This document shows positions 1-6,222 of a stretch of DNA of 64,000 nt, piece after piece. The stretch comes from an uncultured virus (IMG/VR IMGVR_UViG_3300032093_000029) (Duplodnaviria > Heunggongvirae > Uroviricota > Caudoviricetes). Positions within the stretch are counted from its first letter, which is position 1. Each line of letters opens with the position of its first letter. The notes beneath the pieces were generated by a model. The model was not told the origin of the DNA. It saw only the letters and a program-made list of their open reading frames with translations, and searched no databases. The translations under genes were made by a program, and so were the position numbers. The DNA lies in IMG/VR virus record IMGVR_UViG_3300032093_000029. One strand, 5' to 3'.

Positions 1-59
1 TTGTAGTTTTTACTCCAAGCATCCTTGAAAATGAAGATGAAGCAAACCAATATCTCTGT

Positions 60-179
60 CTAATGTGCGGTTCCATTTCCCTTATAGTCTTTGGAGTCAT
101 AGTATCCTCCTCTTGTTCCGAAATAGAGTGTTGATAAGACAAAAGGAATAGCAACAAATAAAAGTGCTTTACCTAACAT
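60..179 (-). CDS. ndhP: NDH-1 complex small subunit NdhP (39 aa, not in ORF track)
   Basis: Manual translation MLGKALLFVAIPFVLSTLYFGTRGGYYDSKDYKGNGTAH: one TM helix plus FGTxxGxYDxxxYxGNGxAH, the cyanobacterial NdhP signature; overlaps the gnd stop. Confidence 0.85.
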   Translation of the reverse strand: MLGKALLFVAIPFVLSTLYFGTRGGYYDSKDYKGNGTAH

Positions 180-1203
180 GATGACCTCCAAACATATAAC
201 GCATACCGTTTAAAATCTTGGCTCCGAAAGTACCGAGATTGCGCGAATTAAATCTTTCAAAAAGGGCAGTAGTAATAACAGGAGCGGGAACCCCCAGGTC
301 CACAGCGGCAGAAACAGTCCAACGACCCTCACCGCTATCGGATACGCCTCCAGAGAACTGTTTAAGGCTACCATCCCTGCGTAACACATCAGCAGTAAGA
401 TCAAGTAACCAACTACCAACAACGCTACCGCGACGCCATAACTCAGCCACCTCAGCAACGTCAATATCATAGCAATAACTTTCAGGATCCGACATTGGAG
501 CGACTTCTGCATCTCCCTCTCTAACATACTTTGCACCTGCATTGGCGTTCTTAATAATATTAAATCCCTCAGCATATGCCTGCATTATTCCGTATTCTAT
601 TCCATTATGAACCATCTTCACAAAGTGTCCTGCACCTGGACCACCACAATGCAACCAACCATATTCAGATGAAGTTATAGGTGAGTCAAATTGAGTCCTG
701 GGGGCAGCATTGATTCCTGGGGAGAGTGCATCAAAAATGCGCGAACAAGTGGAGACCGCAGTATTTCCGCCACCAACCATAAGACAGTATCCACGATCCA
801 AACCATAAACACCGCCGCTAGTACCACAATCAATATATTGGATACCAAGTTTTGCCAGACGTTCTGCTCTTTTCCGACTGTCTTTAAAATTGCTATTGCC
901 ATGATCAATAATAATATCTCCTTCACTACAATATCGTAGTAACTCATTGATCGTCTCCTCTACGGTTTCGGCAGGGACAACCATCTGAAAGATTCCTGGT
1001 TGTGTTCCACCATTTTTATTTTGTTTAACTACTTTAACAAGGCTTTCAATATTAGTTGCAATTCCATTAACAAATCCCTTTTCAAAGGTTTCGTTTGCTT
1101 TTTCATAATTTCTACGATATCCCCAAACTTCAATACCTGCTTTCATCATACGGCGAGACATACCTTCGCCCATTCTTCCAAGTCCGATTAGTCCTACTTT
1201 CAT
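169..1203 (-). CDS. gnd: 6-phosphogluconate dehydrogenase (decarboxylating, short form)
   Basis: GLIGLGRMG Rossmann motif, IIDHGNS, GHFVKMVHNGIEYG, DSGEGRWT, FGGH. Confidence 0.97.
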   Translation of the reverse strand: MKVGLIGLGRMGEGMSRRMMKAGIEVWGYRRNYEKANETFEKGFVNGIATNIESLVKVVKQNKNGGTQPGIFQMVVPAETVEETINELLRYCSEGDIIIDHGNSNFKDSRKRAERLAKLGIQYIDCGTSGGVYGLDRGYCLMVGGGNTAVSTCSRIFDALSPGINAAPRTQFDSPITSSEYGWLHCGGPGAGHFVKMVHNGIEYGIMQAYAEGFNIIKNANAGAKYVREGDAEVAPMSDPESYCYDIDVAEVAELWRRGSVVGSWLLDLTADVLRRDGSLKQFSGGVSDSGEGRWTVSAAVDLGVPAPVITTALFERFNSRNLGTFGAKILNGMRYMFGGHHVR

Positions 1204-1212
1204 ACTGTTTTC

Positions 1213-1299
1213 CTAGTAAGCGTGTGTAAGTCCCCAATAAATCCACAACCCTATAAGGGTTGCATATATCAGTGATAGTGCAAATATTGTCTTAATCAT
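1213..1299 (-). CDS. small membrane peptide (28 aa)
   Basis: Manual translation MIKTIFALSLIYATLIGLWIYWGLTHAY; fills the gap between flanking genes. Confidence 0.55.
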   Translation of the reverse strand: MIKTIFALSLIYATLIGLWIYWGLTHAY

Positions 1300-1582
1300 C
1301 TTCTTCATCCTCGTAAGTAGATGGTTCTTCAAAGAGTTCTTCCATTTTTTGTTGAAAAACTCTTTGATGTAGTTCTTGCAAATCTTCTTCTGTGAATCTA
1401 ACCACTAGTAATGGATCTCCTGCCTTAACGTCGTTTAATTCTGGATGTTTAACTTTTGGACTTTTTGAATACCCATGATGAGCATTCATAATCATCCAAC
1501 CTTGTACAAACATAGAAAGAGAAATAACCAAAAGAACAAACCACGGAACCAAAAAAATTAATTCAGAGTGATTTTGAGCCAT
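1292..1582 (-). CDS. DUF2973-like cyanobacterial/cyanophage membrane protein
   Basis: N-terminal TM helix, KHPEL and LLVVRF motifs, acidic tail. Confidence 0.6.
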   Translation of the reverse strand: MAQNHSELIFLVPWFVLLVISLSMFVQGWMIMNAHHGYSKSPKVKHPELNDVKAGDPLLVVRFTEEDLQELHQRVFQQKMEELFEEPSTYEDEEDD

Positions 1583-1761
1583 GGTAGTAAAGGAGGAATA
1601 ACTCCAACCAATCTCAAAAGTCCCTCAGCAAATAAAGCAAGAACCACCCAACCGACGCACATACTAATGATAGAAGCATTACGGTTGTGTCGTCGTATTG
1701 CTGCATCGATCATCTCCTGAACTTCAGAACGTGTAATTAATTCATCTTGTTCGTGCATCAT
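1558..1761 (-). CDS. hypothetical membrane protein
   Basis: 67-aa ORF with TM helix, tightly packed. Confidence 0.65.
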   Translation of the reverse strand: MMHEQDELITRSEVQEMIDAAIRRHNRNASIISMCVGWVVLALFAEGLLRLVGVIPPLLPWLKITLN

Positions 1762-1907
1762 TTTTCATCTCCAAAAAACTTTGCAAGAGGGTCTCTTTTA
1801 GTTTTTACAATCTCACATGCTCTTTTATAAAACATATTGTCAAGATTTCCAGAAGCCTCAAAGGTCTCTTTGATCTTTACCCAATTATTATAGGTATGAT
1901 CGTCCAT
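1758..1907 (-). CDS. hypothetical protein (49 aa)
   Basis: Manual translation MDDHTYNNWVKIKETFEASGNLDNMFYKRACEIVKTKRDPLAKFFGDEK; ATGA overlap with next gene. Confidence 0.65.
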   Translation of the reverse strand: MDDHTYNNWVKIKETFEASGNLDNMFYKRACEIVKTKRDPLAKFFGDEK

Positions 1908-2021
1908 GTTATTATTGAGTTGTACATGGCTATATACTAATCACCCAGCCTTTATTGTCAACGTTATGTGTTGATTTGCAAAAAGTGTTTAAGTAATTGT
2001 TAAATTTGTAACTATTCTAAA

Positions 2022-2106
2022 CGGAAAGGGTGGGATTCGAACCCACGGAGGCTTTCACCTCGGCAGTTTTCAAGACTGCTACCTTAAACCACTCGGTCAC
2101 CTTTCC
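2022..2106 (-). tRNA. tRNA-Ser(TGA)
   Basis: Cloverleaf, anticodon arm GCAGT-CT TGA AA-ACTGC, long variable arm. Confidence 0.95.
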
Positions 2107-2109
2107 AAA

Positions 2110-2201
2110 CGGAGGATGTTGGATTTGAACCAACGGATGCACTTAAAGTACATCGGGGGATTAGCAATCCCCTGCATTAAACCTAACTCTGCCAATCCTC
2201 C
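2110..2201 (-). tRNA. tRNA-Ser(GCT)
   Basis: GGGGA-TT GCT AA-TCCCC, long variable arm. Confidence 0.93.
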
Positions 2202-2452
2202 TATCGGATTTCAAAATCCAGTTTACGAACCTTACGGGCCCTTCTGGACTCTTGATATGCAAGATCTGACGCACTAAGTACACCAGAATTCTTAGTTTCC
2301 TTAACTGAGTTTAACATGACTACTTGATTTAAGTCAACAGCAGTAATAGTATCTCCTTTTACAAGAGTCATATTATCACATCCACAACACACGGCTTTAG
2401 TTGGATGAGACTCCAACTCGGTGTTACACACCTTACATCTTACTCTTAACAT
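2201..2452 (-). CDS. hypothetical protein, possible Zn ribbon
   Basis: CKVC and CCGC motifs. Confidence 0.7.
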   Translation of the reverse strand: MLRVRCKVCNTELESHPTKAVCCGCDNMTLVKGDTITAVDLNQVVMLNSVKETKNSGVLSASDLAYQESRRARKVRKLDFEIR

Positions 2453-2472
2453 TGTACTATACCTTTAATTAA

Positions 2473-3009
2473 TCAATCTTCGGTAGGTTCCTCTACTATT
2501 TCTTCTGTAGTTTCTTCTACAATTTCATCTTCTAACTCTTCAATCTCATTTACTTCTTCTTTTAATCCAGGAGAAGACTCCAAATAAGACCTCAACATCC
2601 AAACAAATTTACCATGAGATTCGTTTAGATCATCTGCAAGATTTGAAGTTGCTCTTGACTTCTGTTCATCAGCTTCTTCAGCAACTTCAGTAAGAAGATC
2701 ACAAAGATCTTGATTTGATTTTAACAGATCTTTAACCATCTTATGGCAATCTGTTGTACTTTGACCCGTTTTGACTTTTGATACTTCTAAAACTCTCTCT
2801 AGACTGTTAAGAGGTTTTACATTTAAGAACCTCATATGTTCAGAGATGCGATCAATTTCTTCAAACATTGTTTCATATTGACCACCAAAAAGGGTATGAA
2901 GTTGTGGAAAATCTTCTCCTACTACATTCCAATGATAGGCCCAGGTCTTATGGAATAAGACAAAAAGTGATGCCTGAGCATCACTCAATAGTTTAAAAAG
3001 TTTTTCCAT
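2473..3009 (-). CDS. dps: Dps family ferritin-like DNA protection protein
   Basis: HWNVVGxxFxxLH, DRISE ferroxidase residues, HxKxxWML; acidic C-terminal extension. Confidence 0.92.
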   Translation of the reverse strand: MEKLFKLLSDAQASLFVLFHKTWAYHWNVVGEDFPQLHTLFGGQYETMFEEIDRISEHMRFLNVKPLNSLERVLEVSKVKTGQSTTDCHKMVKDLLKSNQDLCDLLTEVAEEADEQKSRATSNLADDLNESHGKFVWMLRSYLESSPGLKEEVNEIEELEDEIVEETTEEIVEEPTED

Positions 3010-3041
3010 TATATCAAAAATACTTTAGAAGTATTTAGTAA

Positions 3042-3113
3042 TGGGAGATACTGGATTCGAACCAGTGACTTCACACTTGTAAGGAGCGCACTCTACCGCT
3101 GAGTTAATCTCCC
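3042..3113 (-). tRNA. tRNA-Val(TAC)
   Basis: CT TAC AA loop, GGTTCGAATCC T-arm. Confidence 0.92.
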
Positions 3114-3328
3114 GTTAGGGGTGGGGGGTGAGAATTGGCTTTACTCACAACCGGGAAGGTTTCACTAGCCTAACGTTATTCCCAGTACTTAGGTTCTCTC
3201 AGGTAGAGAGTTCTATACCTTTGATTTCTCAACGATACAGCGGGCACCACCCCTAACCTACTACATTACTCCGTACATAACCACAGGAGTTATTCTGTCA
3301 CACCCAGAGAACTTCCGTCGAAATTCTC
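3114..3328 (-). ncRNA. manA-like structured RNA
   Basis: 11-bp closing helix GTTAGGGGTGG/CCACCCCTAAC; GGGTGTGACAG, GTAGTAGG and GGGGTGGTGCCCGCTG segments recalled from the manA RNA motif; flanked by tRNAs. Confidence 0.7.
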
Positions 3329-3331
3329 AAG

Positions 3332-3403
3332 AGCGGAATACCGGATTCGAACCGGTGACATCCAACTTGGAAGGATGGCGTTCTACCACTGAACTAATTC
3401 CGC
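3332..3403 (-). tRNA. tRNA-Gly(TCC)
   Basis: GCGGAAT acceptor, CT TCC AA loop. Confidence 0.94.
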
Positions 3404-3411
3404 ATGTACCA

Positions 3412-3440
3412 ATTATAAACTATGTAGTTTAGATTGGCAA
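3412..3440 (-). promoter_or_regulatory. sigma70-type promoter
   Basis: TTGCCA-17 bp-TATAAT upstream of tRNA-Gly and the manA-like RNA. Confidence 0.65.
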
Positions 3441-3441
3441 G

Positions 3442-3523
3442 TGTCGGTGAAAGGACTTGAACCTTCACGGATTACTCCATATGGGCCTAAACCATACGCG
3501 GCTACCAATTACGCCACACCGAC
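3442..3523 (-). tRNA. tRNA-Leu(TAG)
   Basis: TATGG-TT TAG GC-CCATA, long variable arm. Confidence 0.92.
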
Positions 3524-3583
3524 AGTTGGTGACTTCGGATATGATGATCCCGAAGTCTTATGAAAGAACTTATGTCCTTTCAA

Positions 3584-3656
3584 CTCCCCCACCTGGACTC
3601 GAACCAGGAACCCCAGAGTTAACAGCTCCGTGCTCTGCCAATTGAGCTATAAGGGA
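3584..3656 (-). tRNA. tRNA-Asn(GTT)
   Basis: CGGAG-CT GTT AA-CTCTG. Confidence 0.93.
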
Positions 3657-3661
3657 ATGTG

Positions 3662-3738
3662 TGCCGTTGTGGGGGAATCGAACCCCTACTTCTCTAACTC
3701 CCTTGTCGGGGTGTCCTGACCACTAGACTACCAACGGC
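3662..3738 (-). ncRNA. tRNA-like element without canonical anticodon arm
   Basis: Acceptor GCCGTTG/CAACGGC-A, Glu/Asp-like D arm, GGGG-TTCGATT-CCCC T arm; central CCCCGACAAGGGAGTTAGAGAAGT forms no 5-bp/7-nt arm. Confidence 0.7.
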
Positions 3739-3741
3739 ATT

Positions 3742-3816
3742 TGGTGGCGGGGGGAGGAATTGAACCTCCTTCCTGAAGCTTATGAGACTTCTGTGCAACC
3801 GTTACACTTCCCCACA
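3742..3816 (-). tRNA. tRNA with CAT anticodon (Met, possibly initiator-like)
   Basis: GAAGT-CT CAT AA-GCTTC, 1-72 mismatch, encoded CCA. Confidence 0.85.
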
Positions 3817-3819
3817 ATG

Positions 3820-4056
3820 ATAGCAGCATTTCACTGCTCGTAACACTTTCTTTACAGGGCTGTTATCACCCCGTCTCTCTAAACTAGGGCAGTAGACTTA
3901 CTGCGAGAGAATGCAACGATGTTGTTTGCGTTTGTTTTTTGTCCCGTCAACAGATACAACCTTACTACCCCGTCGAAACCTTGGCAACCCCTTGCAATGG
4001 AGTTGTGGGGAGTCGAACCCCAGTCCGAAGCAACAGAATTTGCATCCTCTTGAACA
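3820..4056 (-). ncRNA. ssrA: circularly permuted two-piece tmRNA; tag ANNIVAFSRSKSTALV (3879-3929)
   Basis: Acceptor piece (T arm GGGG-TTCGACT-CCCC, CAACTCC-A ending 3998) precedes 6-nt spacer TTGCAA and coding piece GGGGTTG..GGTTTCGAC starting 3991; G3.U70 Ala determinant; ANNIV-type cyanobacterial tag; outer ends approximate. Confidence 0.92.
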
Positions 4057-4062
4057 TAGTAT

Positions 4063-4091
4063 ATAGTATCAGAAAATTGTTCGGTTGTCAA
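4063..4091 (-). promoter_or_regulatory. sigma70-type promoter for tmRNA
   Basis: TTGACA-17 bp-TACTAT immediately upstream of the acceptor piece. Confidence 0.75.
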
Positions 4092-4178
4092 CGGAGAGAG
4101 AGGGATTTGAACCCTCGGTGAAATTACTCCCACACAGACTTTCCAGGTCTGCTCCTTAAGCCACTCGGACACCTCTCC
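4092..4178 (-). tRNA. tRNA-Ser(GGA)
   Basis: CAGAC-CT GGA AA-GTCTG, long variable arm. Confidence 0.94.
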
Positions 4179-4216
4179 AGTAGAAACATCATACCATAGA
4201 CATGATGTTTGTCAAG

Positions 4217-4687
4217 TCATACAAAAATATATTCTTTCCATTCTGCAACTCTACTTTTCTGAAGATCTAAAACGACTTTACTAAAAGGAGCATGAGGAAT
4301 CTTTTTTAAAGCCATGTTAGTTTCTTTAAGAAGAAGATTTCCTTTTTTGGAATTACATGATGCACAACAAGTTACTAAATTTTCCCAAGTATCTTCTCCA
4401 CCTCTGGACCTAGGAATAACATGATCTATTGTTAGATTAGTTTTAGATCCACAGTATTGACACTCATTATCGTCTCTTTTATAGATCATAGATCTAGTTG
4501 GATAATCAGTTTTACCGTGTGTGAAGGGCAATTTTACATAATTAACTAAACGAATAATTCTTTTTGTAATTAGTTTTGCTTTTTCTTTGAACAAGAGTAC
4601 TATGGCTCTTTTCCAATTTGTAAAGTGAATTGGTTCATAGGAGCTGTTCAGAACCAATATTGTTGAATGTGGTTCTACTATTTCCAT
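4217..4687 (-). CDS. HNH endonuclease (McrA-like)
   Basis: RD-CQYCG...[12 protein letters not shown]...[16 protein letters not shown]. Confidence 0.93.
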   Translation of the reverse strand: MEIVEPHSTILVLNSSYEPIHFTNWKRAIVLLFKEKAKLITKRIIRLVNYVKLPFTHGKTDYPTRSMIYKRDDNECQYCGSKTNLTIDHVIPRSRGGEDTWENLVTCCASCNSKKGNLLLKETNMALKKIPHAPFSKVVLDLQKSRVAEWKEYIFV

Positions 4688-4725
4688 CTTTACATACCTA
4701 TACCTCTGATATTTAGATTTTTAAA

Positions 4726-4800
4726 TGGCACCCTGAGAGAGATTTGAACTCCCGTCTTCTTCGTTCGTAGCGAAGCACTCTTCCACTGAGTTACCAGGGC
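4726..4800 (-). tRNA. tRNA-Arg(ACG)
   Basis: CTTCG-CT ACG AA-CGAAG, encoded CCA. Confidence 0.92.
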
Positions 4801-4803
4801 AGG

Positions 4804-4875
4804 CGAAGGATGAGGGACTTGAACCCCCACTAGCGGTTTTGGAGACCGCCGTGCTACCAATTACACCAATCCGAC
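4804..4875 (-). tRNA. tRNA-Trp(CCA)
   Basis: GCGGT-CT CCA AA-ACCGC; two acceptor-stem mismatches. Confidence 0.82.
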
Positions 4876-4876
4876 A

Positions 4877-4953
4877 TGGTATCCATGAGAGGACTCGAAC
4901 CTCCAACAAATAGATCCTTAGTCTATTGCCTCTTCCAATTGGGCTACATGGAT
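4877..4953 (-). tRNA. tRNA-Leu(AAG), short variable loop
   Basis: ATAGA-CT AAG GA-TCTAT, 5-nt variable loop, A73 plus CCA. Confidence 0.85.
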
Positions 4954-4956
4954 ATA

Positions 4957-5027
4957 CTGGGTGACTAGGATTCGAACCTAGATAAACGCCTTCAAAGGGC
5001 GGTGTCCTACCATTAGACGATCTCCCA
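4957..5027 (-). tRNA. tRNA-Gln(TTG)
   Basis: CT TTG AA loop, TGGGAGA acceptor. Confidence 0.88.
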
Positions 5028-5099
5028 AGCCCTCAGTCGGATTTGAACCAACGACCTACTCATTACTAGTGAGTTGCTCTACCACTGAGCTATAAGGGC
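5028..5099 (-). tRNA. tRNA-Thr(AGT)
   Basis: ACTCA-CT AGT AA-TGAGT, GCCCTTA acceptor. Confidence 0.9.
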
Positions 5100-5101
5100 G
5101 G

Positions 5102-5172
5102 GGTGCCGTATGGGAATTGAACCCATCTAGTCGGTTCCACAAACCGATGCCTTACCACTAGGCTAACGACAC
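5102..5172 (-). tRNA. tRNA-His(GTG)
   Basis: TCGGT-TT GTG GA-ACCGA, C73. Confidence 0.9.
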
Positions 5173-5173
5173 A

Positions 5174-5247
5174 TGGCAGTAGATGGATTTGAACCACCGA
5201 CCATAGGAATATGAGACCCGTGCTCTGCCAGACTGAGCTATACTGCC
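5174..5247 (-). tRNA. tRNA with CAT anticodon (Met or Ile2)
   Basis: GGCAGTA/TACTGCC acceptor, CT CAT AT loop, weak anticodon stem. Confidence 0.82.
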
Positions 5248-5260
5248 GTATCGTAGGTAT

Positions 5261-5343
5261 ATCATTTGAGAGGATTCGAACCCCCATTGCCGCCTCCAAA
5301 ACGCAAGTGCTATGGCGGAGTGTTACCGTTACACTACAAATGA
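5261..5343 (-). ncRNA. tRNA-like element with 19-nt expanded anticodon loop
   Basis: Acceptor TCATTTG/CAAATGA, D stem GTGT/ACAC, stem CCGCC/GGCGG enclosing ATAGCACTTGCGTTTTGGA, T arm GGGGG-TTCGAAT-CCTCT. Confidence 0.8.
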
Positions 5344-5344
5344 T

Positions 5345-5556
5345 GTCCTTACGTTGCTTACTCCTTTATTCTACTCATTGGATTTACTTGTTGGACCTAA
5401 TCGTTGGAATACTAACTGTGTTCAACTTATTACCCTGTCTCGACTTTAACGAGACTGTGTTCTATAGCCTTTGCGTTTGATAGTAATAAGTATACTGACA
5501 GGTTTCTTTTACCTTTCAGTTTTCCGTTCAACCCAACTTTTGAATAAAGTTTGGGC
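5345..5556 (-). ncRNA. candidate structured ncRNA between tRNAs
   Basis: Helices CCCAAACTTT/AAAGTTGGG, ACTGA-AGGT/ACCT-TCAGT, ACTTATTAC/GTAATAAGT enclosing GTCTCG/CGAGAC. Confidence 0.5.
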
Positions 5557-5559
5557 AAG

Positions 5560-5631
5560 TGGAACCGACAAGATTTGAACTTGTGACCGCTCGGTTATCA
5601 GCCGAGTGCTCTACCACTGAGCTACGGTTCC
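5560..5631 (-). tRNA. tRNA-Ile(GAT)
   Basis: CTCGG-CT GAT AA-CCGAG. Confidence 0.93.
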
Positions 5632-5635
5632 AGAG

Positions 5636-5709
5636 AGGGAACAATCGGACTTGAACCGATAACACCATGATCTTCAATCATGTGCTCTACAAATTGGAGC
5701 TATGTTCCC
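5636..5709 (-). tRNA. tRNA-Phe(GAA)
   Basis: CATGA-TT GAA GA-TCATG; D loop lacks GG. Confidence 0.88.
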
Positions 5710-5712
5710 GAG

Positions 5713-5786
5713 TCGGAATGACAGGATTCGAACCTGCGACATCTCGCTCCCAAAGCGAGTGCTCTACCAAACTGAGCTACATTCCG
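5713..5786 (-). tRNA. tRNA-Pro(TGG)
   Basis: CTCGC-TT TGG GA-GCGAG, CGGAATG acceptor. Confidence 0.95.
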
Positions 5787-5861
5787 TGGTAGTCCTAACG
5801 GGATTTGAACCCGTGCTGCCACCTTGAAAGGGTGGTGACCTAACCGCTAGTCGATAGGACC
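5787..5861 (-). tRNA. tRNA-Glu(TTC)
   Basis: CCACC-CT TTC AA-GGTGG, encoded CCA. Confidence 0.94.
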
Positions 5862-5893
5862 AAAAAATGGAGATTCGTACTGATGATCTCCAA

Positions 5894-5967
5894 CGACCCA
5901 TACGGGATTTGAACCCGTGTTCTCCACCGTGACAGGGTGGCGTGATAGACCGCTACACTAATGGGTC
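5894..5967 (-). tRNA. tRNA-Asp(GTC)
   Basis: CCACC-CT GTC AC-GGTGG. Confidence 0.94.
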
Positions 5968-5971
5968 AAGG

Positions 5972-6044
5972 TGGAATCTAGGGGACTTGAACCCCTAACC
6001 TCTTGCTTGCAAAGCAAATGCTCTACCAATTGAGCTAAGACCCC
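5972..6044 (-). tRNA. tRNA-Ala(TGC)
   Basis: TT TGC AA loop, G3.U70. Confidence 0.94.
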
Positions 6045-6048
6045 AAGG

Positions 6049-6130
6049 TGGGAGGAGCAGGATTCGAACCTGCGAAGGCAGAGCCGCCTGATTTACAGTC
6101 AGGTTCCTTTAGCCACTCGGAAATCCTCCC
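6049..6130 (-). tRNA. tRNA-Tyr(GTA)
   Basis: CCTGA-CT GTA AA-TCAGG, long variable arm. Confidence 0.94.
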
Positions 6131-6133
6131 ATA

Positions 6134-6205
6134 TGGATCTGGTGGGACTCGAACCCACAACTTCCAGGTTAAAAGCCCGTTACTCTACCATTGAGTTACA
6201 GATCC
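6134..6205 (-). tRNA. tRNA-Lys(TTT)
   Basis: CT TTT AA loop, GGATCTG/CAGATCC acceptor. Confidence 0.93.
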
Positions 6206-6222
6206 AAATAATATAGAATAAA

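Noticed and set aside
3531..3557. Isolated hairpin between tRNAs (another at 5868-5892)
   Set aside because: Too short to call an RNA gene; likely processing spacers
3879..4172. 97-aa ORF
   Set aside because: Read-through of tRNA-Ser, a promoter and the tmRNA; only the last 16 codons are the tag frame
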